59,878 nt of DNA from Perkinsus chesapeaki ATCC PRA-425 (GCA_013115145.1 JAAPAO010000158.1:1-59878); one strand, 5' to 3'. Shown: positions 35,982-47,580, counted from the first letter of the stretch. Translations and numbers: made by a program. Notes: generated by a model from the letters alone, not told the origin.

Positions 35982-38900
35982 TTATTCATCGCTTGTCGTC
36001 GGAGTTGTCACTGTTGGTTTTTTGCCAAGTATGATAGTAACGAGATTGGGATGATACTTTAAAGACGGGGTAGCTGTTGTGGTGGATTGATCTATGGAAC
36101 CTAAAGTCACGCGCCGCTTAATTACCCCGCCCGAATCGAACTCCATGAATGTGATCGAATAACCGTAGTGTGATTTATTTAACAACGATGAGCGAAAAGT
36201 TTGCCGGAAAATTTAAAAAAATTTCCCGAAAAATTCCTGTTTTTTCATCCCCTCAGACACGAGTGTGTCTTATCTGTTAGGAAGCCCCCGGGCAATGCCC
36301 AGCACGCAGCAACTTTGAAGAGCTTTCAAGTGATTTTAATATCCCCCAAAACACCGTTGCCAAGATTCGAACCCGCAACCTTCACTTTCTAGCTATAAGA
36401 TGCTCCACAACAACACAAAGGTACTTTCCAAGAATTGAACCCACGCCCTCTCGATTACGGGACATACTCCTTATCCATTACACCATACTTACCGGCGGCT
36501 AACTGCTTCAACACCAACACATTGGAAAGTATGACTCTCCTCATCTGCTGTACATCCCTCTCAGTTCGAGCATCCGCCATCGAACGCTTCCCCAATGCCT
36601 CCAAGAAAAAACTTGTTCTATTTAACGAATTTATCGTAGACGTCACCACTTGCTGTAACCCTGAATAAAAAACGAAATATCCTAGCGGAGCGAAGCAGGA
36701 CAGCTTTACCAAAATTAATTTGCCACAAAGCCGTCGGGAAAATTAGGAAAGTATGCGATACTCTCAAGAGTAGCTGAACACGTTGAGACTACCCTGGTCC
36801 ACAGTTCGTCGGACAAGGGTCAACTATATGCTGGCATACATTTATTTGCTATTGTACTTACTACTACTATTAAAGTAATTAGTACTGATACGTATGTACC
36901 AATAGGAGTGTATACCTATATGAGGGGGAACTACCGATTATATCGTATAAATAGAGTATCAATCTATAATATATAGTAATTATTGTATTGCTATTAGTAT
37001 CTATATCCGTATAATTAAACATGTATTATAATTATTCATAACTAACCTATAAGCTGTATTGATATTAATATACTGTATAATACTAGACATTTAATGTTTA
37101 TAAAATATGATTAAAGTAGATACCCCGCCCTTGCACCACCACCACCACACTGTATACTAATTTATTAATATATGATAATACTAATATCTTACCATACTAC
37201 TTTTTACTATTAGTAATAGTCTATTATTCAAATTATATAATTATTATTACTTAGTATTATTACATTTAAGTATATAAATACATAGTATAGTAGTATATAG
37301 TATATATTATAAGTACTTATACATACACTATTTATAATTAATTACACTATTATTAATTATTATATAATATAATAGTACGCTCTTACCATATCATTAATAA
37401 GTAATAATAATCACTATTGACAGTATATTATCAATACAAAGTGATACTCAAAAAATGCACAATACCCCTGAAAATAAAAATAAATTTAATAATTTTACAG
37501 GAGAGTTCAACCATTCTCCAAAACTCAGACCAAGAAGATCTGGCTCCCCAGGAGGTTGCTAAGATATTTTGCATCTTCCCAGGAGGTTGCTAAGATAGTT
37601 TGCATCTTCCCAGGAGGTTGCTAAGATATTTTTCATCTTCCCAGGAGGTTGCTAAGATATTTTTCATCTTCCCAGGAGGTTGCTAAGATATTTTGCATCT
37701 TCCCAGGAGGTTGCTAAGATATTTTGCATCTTCCCAGGAGGTTGCTAAGATATTTTTAATCCAACCTTCCTCGCCCACCCATATTTGCGTCCGATTGATC
37801 TTTTCCGGTCACTGCCATCGCCGTGGACTGCAGGAAGTCAGCAAAGGTCAACTCGTGAGGAAGACGGTAACTGAAATGCGATTCACGCGCGCCACGAAAT
37901 TATACAACAACTACGGAAATTCTGTACGAAAATACAATATTACCACCAGAAAAATGACAACTTGCCTGGAAATAAGCGTCTGAATTCGCACCGCAAATCG
38001 AGATGCGATCGATCTCGCCGCCGCCTCCGTTGGAGCATTCATAAAACCAATGTATTGCAGAGCCAGTATCATGCGGAATGTACCTGAGGTTGAATAGATA
38101 AATCTTGATCGATAAAGATACTCCGACCTACAAGACTCCGCCAAGTAGTTGCGGCAAAACGACTGATACCTTTTACTTCGCTCATCATTGAGGAGTGCAA
38201 GCATGAATGACAAAATTGGGTCCAGAAAATAGCCTGGACTATCGACTGGATAGAATAATACTTCACAGAAATAACCCACAATTTTCACGTCCAATCTCTA
38301 TAGCGATTCTGTGGAGGAATTCTCCTTATTCAACTGGGAACGTCCGAGAGATATACCACAATAATTGTGTGATGTACGAAAACCCGAAACCCAGAAACCC
38401 AGAAACCCAGAAACCCAGAAAAGGGGAGCTTCGGTGCTACCCTGAATAGTCTCCATTCTAGCTTGTAAGAGTGCCATGTCGTTGGTTGGCTCTGGTGGAG
38501 GCAGTTGACGATTCTTACGCTCACTCCTTCGGACGTGACGAGGCTTTGAGGCCAGGTCGAGCGCCGAGAGCATCTCACGAAGGGCGTACAACTGAAGGAG
38601 ACAGGAAAGATACGAAATAGGTTAAAATAGATAATAATATTAATAAAAGATACCAAATAGGTTGAAATAGATAAAAATATTAATAAAAGATACCAAATAG
38701 GTTGAAATAGATAATAATATTAATAAAAGATACCAAATAGGTTAATTGATGTACCTTCTTCTTACCCTAACTCCAATAAGATAATCCTCAAACCATAGTA
38801 ACATTGGCATCTCCTCATTATCAGCCAAACCAAGTTCAAATGTCAGCTGCATCTCAATCTGCATAAGACTGATCGCCGAATCAGTGACCCAAGTCCATGT

Positions 38901-40791
38901 CGGTCGGCTGAACCCAAGTCGCTTGCCGTATGTTATCTCCAGCAACTCATCAAATCCGAAGGCCTGAAAGATTCCAAATGAGGTCGATTCCGTGTAAAGT
39001 ATGTTCCTTGGCTCCTCAAACCCCCCAAAAGCCCGAAAGGTGTTGTTGCCCTTCAAGAGCATATTGTCACGTTGCCATCCGCTCCCGCAAATCCCAACGA
39101 GGACACGTTTACTCTGTAAAAGCTAAAAATAAGAAAAAATTTCTTCCCGTAAATTGAACAAGCTCACCAGCATCAACCTATTGCAACGAGGAGAATACTC
39201 AGGAATAGTCTTAACCATAATTGAATTTCAGGAGCCCCACAACCATGCCGAAACTATTCGGGCAGACTCGCTACTAGCACGAGGAGCGATTCATCAACCC
39301 CGCACCCACCAACCGCCGCCCCATCTACCACCTGGGTTTGCAATATATTATAATCCGGCAGCAGCTTGGGTATATTACGGTACTGCCTCGATCGACTTCT
39401 TAACAATGTCCTCGTTCTCAGCTGAAGTGTCCTAGTGCAGTTCATCAATATATCGGCGGAGATCTCCTTGTGGACTGTCCACACGTCACTTGGCACTCCC
39501 ATCGCTTGCAAGGATTCCTATACAGCAGCAGCAACAACCGGGTGCGGTACGGGAAAGATTGTGGAGAAAAAATTCAGCCACCGAAAATTTTACGTTAAGT
39601 TTCGGAATGTTTGCAAGCCTATACGCATCCAGGGGTAAGCCTCATTTCCTATTAAACTTGAACTGTTTTATTATATAAATATTTCTTAATAAAAGCTTTG
39701 CTAATAATACCACTCTTCCGCGGCCGCCATTGAAGCGAGGATAATAATGTATCCCAATTCACCCGTCCTACCTTGGCGAACTTCTCCATATCGATGGTGT
39801 CCATCACCCGCAAACTTATGATCGACCGAACAAGTGGTTGCTGTCCGGCGCTGCCATGTCGAAGGTCCTCGAGGAAGTGCTCGAGATTGTCGACATTCTC
39901 AACCCTGGCGAGGCCTTCAAATGCGTAACCGATATCAGTAACCAGCGAGTCCATACTAGAGTAAGCATCCTCTCTATTCAAAGAGGGAACTTGGCGCGGT
40001 GGGCCTGACAACAACCATATTTACTAAACCCTCTACCACAAACCCGCACAGGTTCTATCCTCACCTGGGGGCATATCGGCGTTATTAACACTTGCATCAA
40101 ATAGCCTGTCGAGCTGTTTCTGTCGACTTTCCTCACCAACCAGCACCGCGTCCCGACCGGCTTTCTGTAGGGCATCCAAAACATCATCGACGCTTCTTCT
40201 GGTGCATCCGTCCGCTTGGTTGCTCCGGGCGCTCTCCAAGACCATTTCAAGTCGCTCGAGAGCCTCTATTCGACCTCCTAAAATATCTTCGACCTTCGGC
40301 AACTTTTTCTGGTCCAGCTTTGCGCCCAACAAAGCTAGAGGTGCATCCTCATCAGCAACAACTTCAGATTCAATCATGATCTCCCTGGCCAGCCAAGCGG
40401 TCCTCAAAGCAACAGACAAGAAGTATTTCAATCCCTCGTGGTTCACTATTGTCAGGTCGTGACAGAGAACACACGACCATACAGTCTGGAGAGTAGTATT
40501 GCCATTAAAATACAGATACAGCATAGCGATCATCTTATCACTGATGTACTTAGCATCATCATCGCTAATGACACCAACGCTCTTGATCAGCTCCTCCACA
40601 TTCGGCGAGGGATGCACCCCAACGTCCATCTTGGGCTGCATCAGTTCGATAGCGCTCATGGCCTCAAAGGGACTGTAATCCTTGTCGTGGACCATTTCAC
40701 CGAGGCCCATGGAGCCACAGGCCTGTGAGACAGACTCGGTGATGTCGGACCAGTCAGCGTCGTTGGGGGTCGAGTGGGCGATAGTGCTCAT
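35982..40791 (-). CDS. NAA35: N-alpha-acetyltransferase 35, NatC auxiliary subunit (Mak10), multi-exon
   Basis: N-terminus WSDITESV..AC..MGLGEMVHDKDYSPFEAMSAIELMQPKMDVG (Mak10 signature). Mid region WVTDSAISLMQIEMQLTFELGL..EEMPMLLWFEDYL. C-terminus VQQMRRVILSNVLVLKQLAA|G...SLKYHPNLVTIIL matches the NAA35 tail. Confidence 0.9.
36354..36492 (-). pseudogene. Two head-to-tail degenerate tRNA-like units (tRNA-derived SINE-like relic) in the last NAA35 intron
   Basis: A-box-like ATGGTGTAATGG, B-box/T-arm-like GTGGGTTCAATTC and GCGGGTTCGAATC; the stems are imperfect. Confidence 0.4.
37546..37756. repeat. Intronic minisatellite, 31-bp unit CATCTTCCCAGGAGGTTGCTAAGATATTTTG, about 7 copies
   Basis: Directly visible contiguous array without spacers. 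Confidence 0.95.
38380..38420. repeat. GAAACCC(A) short tandem repeat in an NAA35 intron
   Basis: AAAACCCGAAACCCAGAAACCCAGAAACCCAGAAACCCAGAAA. Confidence 0.9.
38609..38743. repeat. Intronic minisatellite, 40-bp unit GATACCAAATAGGTTGAAATAGATAATAATATTAATAAAA, about 3.4 copies
   Basis: Directly visible. Confidence 0.9.
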
Positions 40792-40978
40792 AAGGAAGAA
40801 TAAAAAGGAACTCTGTAGGAATAATGAATGTGTGTTAGTCTTCCCTTCAACAACATATCTCCCTGCACCATCATGAGCAGTCGACTAAATCTTAGTAAAA
40901 AAATTTTCCTCATATTTACAATATATTAAACTGTTAGATTATATTGACAATATTGGTTCACTGTGACATTCATTTTTA

Positions 40979-41800
40979 CTACAAACCATATATAAACCTA
41001 GTGCGATATAACCCTCCACGACAACCCTCAAGCCAGCCTCCATTCCGTGGTTCATTTTCGCCAAAGGACACTCCCGAGACGGACCACTCAACTTCACTGT
41101 GTATCCCATATGACGCCTCTGCACTCCACCTTATCTTTACCGGGATCCCATCAACCCCCAGGTTTAGTGAGATAAAGGGAGCCACAGATACACCGACGAC
41201 TTTCCGGTATGTCTGATAAGCCCCTCAATTTGCCACCCTCACACGTACACAGAAGTTGCTGTCCTGCTCGTCATGAACCAACGATGATCCACACCAGCTC
41301 CCGTGTCACCATCCAACAAACACGCCTAAAGCTTGCTGGACCTTATGAAGACTTGAGAAGATATAAATTAAAAGTCAAATAATACATATTAATATCCCAC
41401 AAGGCCTTGATAAAAAAACAGAAAGTGGCATAAATAAAACATTTTCCACGGTGTTATAGCGCCAATCGCTAAGTGCAGTACAAAATTTTTGGCGCATTTT
41501 TCCCGGAATTCCTCCCAACTTGAGCTCCTCCTGCCAGTATTTCTCAACCTCCTCTCAAGCCCCGGGCCCATTCCTCGTGCCAAGGTCCGGTGCGAAAAAA
41601 ACAAACTCAAGAAGCATCTTGCCCATACGGTCCTTAGTCCGCAAACCACCGCCAACCGAAAGAATGCATTTTCCATTGCCTATATAAAATATATGAATAT
41701 AGATGGGTAAACTCTTAAAAGAGGACGGCTTCGGGAGGCGGCGAAGGGAGGACTGCAAAAAGCGCGCGCCCCGATGGTAGCATGACGCTCCACCATAACA
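40979..41800 (-). CDS. Putative spliced hypothetical gene; weak resemblance to THUMP-domain RNA-modifying proteins
   Basis: Exon-like pieces (..EEVEKYWQEELKLG, DWRYNTVENVLF, NFCVRVR, IPVKIRWSAEASYG) with GT-AG borders; the frame could not be stitched cleanly. Confidence 0.25.
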
Positions 41801-42210
41801 TGACGAACCCTATCATCGGGCTTAATAATAGTAACTTATTATTACAAACGATTATCATTAAATTTAGGCGGAAATAATCTCCCCTCGAAGCGTGTTGACC
41901 CGGCCAACCTGACCGTGATCTGACAAGTTCCAAAGATCAGCTGCATACCAAAGCTTAAGCCAGACCTTTACCTTGAAACTAGAACGGTTTAAATGGATGT
42001 AAAAATTGATAGGCAAATTAAGTTCCTATGTGGGAACGCAGAGTTGAGTACAGAAAAGCAAATTGACCAACGCAAATCGAGTAGATCTGCACCGTAGGCA
42101 TCCCTGGACGGCATTGACAGATTAATAATAATCAACCATAAAGTTGATCCAAACTTACGTCTGGTAAAATAAGTCTCTGAAGAGCATTCGCTCCTGATAG
42201 TATATAAAAT

Positions 42211-43338
42211 TTAAACGGCACCACTGGTCTTCTCATTTTGTATGAGATTTGCACCACACTCCTTCTGGGCTGCCTCCTGGCGAGCCTTTTTCTCGTTGTA
42301 CTTCTTGGTAAAGTAACCATAGGCAATCACACCAGCAATTGAAAGGAGAGCTGATAAAAGCGTTAGTGTTCGCTGCCAGCGGTCCACGGGGAAAACACAG
42401 TACTTGTCATTCGCCGAGCAATATATTAGATGGGATATAAATACGTATGTACCAGTCTTAAGGCCCTTAGTGATAGCAGTTCCGACATTCCCTATGCGAC
42501 CAAGCAGCAGGAAGAAACCTGCAGCGTGGAGGAAATTTGCAAGGGTAAAGAGGAAGTACCAGAAAGCCACCCACGGTACGGTAGATCCCTTGGAGTCGAT
42601 CTCGTCAAGTATTTGGGATTGAACGCGCCAAGACGTCCAAGCGATGAAGTAAATCGCATAGGCTATTATGGAGTAGAGACCGATGAAGCCCGACAAGCGT
42701 GTTGGCGGGAAGTCATAGGTCTTGATATAGTACTCGTTGATGATGTTGGTAAGAGAATGCATAAAGCAGCCGCACAGTATAAGAACGGTACCAAGGACGA
42801 GGGAGCTTGATCCGGAGACAGAGTTAACAAAAGATTTCATAGCCACACCGACGATGACCACAGTAATAGCCACGAGCTGCCATATAGAGAAGCGGGCCTT
42901 GAGGAAAACAAATGCCAATACGACAGTCCACACAATACAGGAATTATAAAGAATTGTGAAGATCTGTGCGCCGGCCAGCACGACACCGAACTGGATTAGA
43001 ACCTGTGACACCAAGTCGACCGTGGCTGGAATGAAGGCTCGCTTCCAATCACACTTTAACCAAGATTTCCTCGCCGGCAGGAAGCCAACGAGCAAGTTGC
43101 CCAAGGCGTTCGCTGCAAAGGTCAGCAAGTGGACGGTATCAGTGCCACCTCCTCCGTTGTTTCGTATTTGATCCAGACATAAGTTCTGTAGAATAGCCGA
43201 ACCCACAAAGATGAAAATTAGAGGCCAAAAGTTGAACTCCTCGATAAAGCGGGCCACGCGGCCCTTGGAAGATGCCTGCGCCTCATCGACCACGGACGGC
43301 GGTTTTATCTCCGAGTCTTGAGTGCGTAGCGCTGACAT
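42211..43338 (-). CDS. DMT-superfamily (SLC35/EamA-like, SLC35F6-like) transporter, intronless
   Basis: 375 aa with about 10 TM helices; AFIPATVDLVSQVL...AQIFTILYNSCIVWTVVLAFVFLKARFSIWQLVAITVVIVG is typical of the nucleotide-sugar transporter/DMT fold. Confidence 0.8.
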   Translation of the reverse strand: MSALRTQDSEIKPPSVVDEAQASSKGRVARFIEEFNFWPLIFIFVGSAILQNLCLDQIRNNGGGGTDTVHLLTFAANALGNLLVGFLPARKSWLKCDWKRAFIPATVDLVSQVLIQFGVVLAGAQIFTILYNSCIVWTVVLAFVFLKARFSIWQLVAITVVIVGVAMKSFVNSVSGSSSLVLGTVLILCGCFMHSLTNIINEYYIKTYDFPPTRLSGFIGLYSIIAYAIYFIAWTSWRVQSQILDEIDSKGSTVPWVAFWYFLFTLANFLHAAGFFLLLGRIGNVGTAITKGLKTGTYVFISHLIYCSANDKYCVFPVDRWQRTLTLLSALLSIAGVIAYGYFTKKYNEKKARQEAAQKECGANLIQNEKTSGAV

Positions 43339-43562
43339 TGGGGGAAGTGAGGAATAAACTGTACCGAAACTGTGCGATGATCAAACGCGCGTCACACTTG
43401 CTCGGCGTCACCACCGGCGAGCGAAAATTGTGCTGCAAGCTCGACCGTGGATGGCCCCTGGTCGACGTGCCGTAGCACGGGGAACAGGGACGATACGATG
43501 GAGCTACCGGATGCACACAAACACAGCCAGTAGGTGCCTTCCTAATGTTTGTGAATGCAATA

Positions 43563-44449
43563 TTATGGTCCGATGAGGTACGCGAGTTCGGTGGCGCGAT
43601 TTCGGTCACGACTGGTGTGGTAGCCGAACGCCAAAAGTGGTGGCTTAGTTAGACTAACCATTCGCGAACTGCAGAGTGGGAGTGTGAATATTGCACTCAA
43701 TTGAGTGTACAATACCTCCACTGTTCTTGTTTGATCCATTACGGCAGCAGATTGGCAAGGAGTCGGTCGAACCGACTCGGTTCTATCGGCGATGTTAAGA
43801 CTCTTGACATCGCCGGTAACGAAGGCTCTTAACTTAAGACGTAAACTCACTGGCTCGTGTGCCAGAAATTCTAAGACGAGCGTCCTCCTCCCGATCAGTA
43901 CACGAATTTGCCACTATTGTTATACGTCCAGCGCATGGTGGCAAAAACTCGGCTCCGATAGAGGCGAATGATGGGTATATGACCCACAATATTTTCGCGC
44001 GTGCCGACTCGTTTTAATTTAAAGCCTATTAAGTGGTAAAATGGCGCTTTCACTCTTCCCTGTAGCACCGTGTGATGACCACCACAGCGGTGGGTTCCGT
44101 GGCGAAGGGAAAGCCATATATTCCTTTTCAATGAGTTGCAGGCCGTAGTGCTTGAACGAAAGTGAATTCTTTGCACGCGTTCGTAGTAGGAGGTTTCTGT
44201 GTTCTTTCCGCTTGTACCGTTTGTAGCTTTATGCCTGCTCGGAGCAATGGAGCAGGCTGCTCCATTGCTTGTAAATTGATTCTGCTCAATCACGTCTAGC
44301 TCCGAGTCTTCATATTCCCGGTTGCTGTACTCAGTCGCAGGAAAGCGATAGAGGACTATTCCTTGCCGAATACCCGCTATTTCACCGCGAGCCCTGACCG
44401 CCTGTGGGCCATCGCGAACCGTAAAGGTCATCGCTATAAAGCTTTCCAC
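43563..44449 (-). pseudogene. Possible degenerate lineage-specific gene
   Basis: Two consecutive minus-strand ORFs (184 and 95 aa) with protein-like composition; no motif recognised. Confidence 0.25.
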
Positions 44450-44933
44450 TATGGCAGATAGTACTAGTTATCCTACTACTAGAATGAAGGGTTCCCAGCA
44501 GGAATACGTGTGAACATTTTTGGTCCTGTTTTGAAAGAGTTGCCACCATAAGTCCATGTAGGGACACTTTCGGACCTCGATTGAGCTTCAAGTGAAGCTA
44601 AAGGGATCCCCGGTTGAACGTAGGTCTTCTAGAAACGTTCGCCATGTTGGGATGATTCTAGATGCCACTAAGTAACACAAGTCGATATTATAAATGTCGC
44701 CAAGGTATTTCCTAACCTGCTGCTTACGGAATCTTATGTAGATATTCGCAATTATTATTATTAGTATTGTTATTAATAAGCCTCAATGTCGAAGTGCAGA
44801 ATACAAGGGGAAGCAATAGCCTGTGATTGAATGATCGCTTTACAACCCTCAATTGTAGTGGAACAATTACAATACCACGTCTCGACGACAAGAAAGTAGT
44901 AGATAATACAAGTAATGGAAATGACCAAAAGGA

Positions 44934-45731
44934 TTACCAAAAAAATCGATGTTCGTTACTGCCGCCGTGCCTGGGGCCTGTTGGGGCATGAGATGCTCTA
45001 TGTTGTTGACGATGATGAGAACGATGAGAATGGCTTTTCTTTCTTATAAACTGGGCCCGAGGGAACTCTAACTCTTTACCGCTACCAAGCTCGAACAACC
45101 GAGGCTTGAAAGTAGTAGAGTCACCGCTGTTAACTGGACTGTTACGAAGCAGGTTGATCTGAGCGTCGAGACCTTGTGCGTGAGCACTAGCAACCACTAT
45201 CGGCTTGGCATCGTCATCATCTAGCTTAACACCATTGTACTTGTCATGAAACAGCACAGCATCGCTGGAAGCACCAAAGTTAACAAATGCATATCCTATA
45301 CTTGTCCGTGTGCGGAAAGTGAGGGGAACATAGTAAAAATCAAACCGCCCACGAAAATCATCCAGGAGACTTGCCAACGTCTCGGCACAAAAAGTTGGAG
45401 GAAGATCTCGTAGAGTAAGAGTCGTTGATCCTGGAATCAACTCGGTGTCCTCTGAGTTGTCGTCGCTCTCACCGTCGGTGGAACATGTACTGCTGCTATC
45501 ACTATCCGACGGGACAGGACTAAGGCCGCCATCACGCTCGCCCAAGTTGTTACGACCATAAGGAGAAATAGCACTTTTGGGGAAACACATAGAAGTGGTT
45601 GCCGAGGGATCAGCCAGCCACTGCGGTGAAGAGACGCTCCTTGGCCGATGGCAGTGAGGAGAAAAATCTAGGAACGTATTTTTAACAGTATACGGACTAC
45701 TTAACAGTTCTGCTGTTGCTGTCGCTGACAT
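44934..45731 (-). CDS. Mei2-like RNA-binding protein (RRM_2 / Mei2 RRM3 domain), intronless
   Basis: TTLTLRDLP...GRFDFYYVPLTFRTRTSIGYAFVNF...F...YNG....VASAHAQGLDAQINLLRNSPV...FKPRLF is the Mei2 C-terminal RRM; N-terminal VKNTFLDF. Confidence 0.9.
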   Translation of the reverse strand: MSATATAELLSSPYTVKNTFLDFSPHCHRPRSVSSPQWLADPSATTSMCFPKSAISPYGRNNLGERDGGLSPVPSDSDSSSTCSTDGESDDNSEDTELIPGSTTLTLRDLPPTFCAETLASLLDDFRGRFDFYYVPLTFRTRTSIGYAFVNFGASSDAVLFHDKYNGVKLDDDDAKPIVVASAHAQGLDAQINLLRNSPVNSGDSTTFKPRLFELGSGKELEFPRAQFIRKKSHSHRSHHRQQHRASHAPTGPRHGGSNEHRFFW

Positions 45732-46341
45732 TATTTCAAAATTAGCAAACTAAAGACTACGCAAGCACTCTAAATGCAATTGAATGGTATCTATTCGACA
45801 CAAAGCCTGTCAACGCTCGAAGAGCTGCGCAAGATTCGCCAAGGTCAATTTCGGTATCCTCGGAAATAGCTAGGATTCGTGCACACAAAGGTGAGCTTTC
45901 GTGAGCCTTGTTCATTTTCTACGGTGTCCTTCTGATTGGACTTAAATTTATTGTGAATCTTCCATATAACTTGCCGCACGCAAGTGGCAGCATTTAGACT
46001 ATAACTCCGACAATAGAAGCCGTTCCTTTCGAGCACCAATTCTAGAACGTCCAGTTGCGGGCCAGAACTTGCGGCTTGTTTTATCCCTCTCATTCGAAGC
46101 CTAATACACTTGTTTCCTATATAGCGTCACGAGTTGTCGCAGCCCCGTAACTCTCAGAACTCAACAAATGCAAGATGTGAAAATTGAGCGTCCATACAAT
46201 ATCAACGGTGAGACTTGAGGGTGCTACAAATAGCACGGGCTTTGCCTCTGTCAACCATCAACCTTCTGGACAGACGTGTTGAGATAACTGAAGGTGAATA
46301 ATCTGATAGCTTCGATAAGGCCACTGTTAGCCAGTGTTATC

Positions 46342-47580
46342 TTAGTGAAGCGCCGCAGCTGCTCTTCTACCAAAAAGAGGCCAACAGCAAATAGTAACTT
46401 TACGCATACCAGAATTGGCGGCTTCAATTTCTCTATTTTTAACCTCCAGTTCTTCACGCTTTCCATTACCATGACGGAAAATAACAATGCCGCACAGAAT
46501 CAGGACAAGTGCGGTCCACTCGAACCATGTGACCGTGGAGGCGCCAATTATAGGCCAACTTATCAGGGAGAAAATGGCTGCCAATGGGACCGTCAACTTA
46601 TAAGAAATGAAGGTTAAAAGACTAGAGCCATGTGAAACCAGCAAGTATATAGTAATATTGAAGAAAACGTTAATGACCATGTAGACGGCGAAGGCCTGTG
46701 GTGCGTAAGGATTGTGTGCTAAAGCATTGAATCCGTCATGCAACCTTTCACCAGGATCCTGCCCAGTACGGGCGAGTTCAACAATTATCGCTATCGGGAC
46801 GACCCATATGATACCAAAAGTGTGATTTGAGCTACTAACGGCAAAGGCGTCAAGTGTGGTGTTTTTATAACCATTTGCTATAGCATGCTCAGTGTACCGA
46901 CGAAACATCTTCTCTTTAATAACAAAAGCCAACGCTTGAAACATAGTAGAGAGAAGACAGACGATCGACATGCCTACGCTGGTCGAAGCACCATCGTTAC
47001 CAGCCATAATAACCGAACCGACGGCCATCGCCACAACTATACCAACGCCGAAGAGCTCCTGCAAGGTGTAACGAACACCGAGAAAAATTAGAGACCAGAT
47101 AAGAGTGAACGGAACCATGCCCTGCTGAAGCAGGCTGAAGACCACGATTGAGATATACGCTTGTGTGAGGTACATCAGGTTGTCACCCAAAACCTCAGTA
47201 ATGGAGGCCAAAAAAGTGTACTTGCAGCCTGGCAAGCGAGCCCATAATCTTCGAAGGCCGCTAAGTTCAGGATTGATAGAGGCGCTCGGAGGGAACTTCC
47301 ATACCCAGTCAACCTCCTCATGACTGATACGACCAGCAAACCATTCTGCACCAAAGACGCCCCAGTAGGATATGAAGTATGCCATCTGGCCAACGATATT
47401 AGTAACCAAACCGGAGTACTCGCCGAGGGTTTCGGCTCTGATCTTTCCGGTAATAGCATTGGTCGTTCCGCTGATAACCAGTAGGATAATTAGAGTTGGG
47501 ACTATCCAAGAGCGCTTTGTTTTCTCCTTGACCACCGCCTCTTTGGTCTCGGTCAACGAAACGAGTTCTGGCTCTGCCAT
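46342..47580 (-). CDS. CRT-like (chloroquine-resistance-transporter family) protein, intronless (copy 1)
   Basis: 412 aa with about 10 TM helices; FSLLQQGMVPFTLIWSLIFLGVRYT, FVIKEKMF, YMVINVFFNIT, SLLTFIS.KLTVPLAAIF are characteristic of the CRT-like DMT family. Confidence 0.85.
   Translation of the reverse strand: MAEPELVSLTETKEAVVKEKTKRSWIVPTLIILLVISGTTNAITGKIRAETLGEYSGLVTNIVGQMAYFISYWGVFGAEWFAGRISHEEVDWVWKFPPSASINPELSGLRRLWARLPGCKYTFLASITEVLGDNLMYLTQAYISIVVFSLLQQGMVPFTLIWSLIFLGVRYTLQELFGVGIVVAMAVGSVIMAGNDGASTSVGMSIVCLLSTMFQALAFVIKEKMFRRYTEHAIANGYKNTTLDAFAVSSSNHTFGIIWVVPIAIIVELARTGQDPGERLHDGFNALAHNPYAPQAFAVYMVINVFFNITIYLLVSHGSSLLTFISYKLTVPLAAIFSLISWPIIGASTVTWFEWTALVLILCGIVIFRHGNGKREELEVKNREIEAANSGMRKVTICCWPLFGRRAAAALH

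Noticed and set aside
36354-36492. Functional tRNA genes
   Set aside because: D and anticodon arms do not fold cleanly and the T-stems are mismatched; kept only as relics.
37546-37756. 31-bp repeats as a CRISPR array
   Set aside because: The units are contiguous with no unique spacers, lie in a eukaryotic intron, and no cas genes are present.
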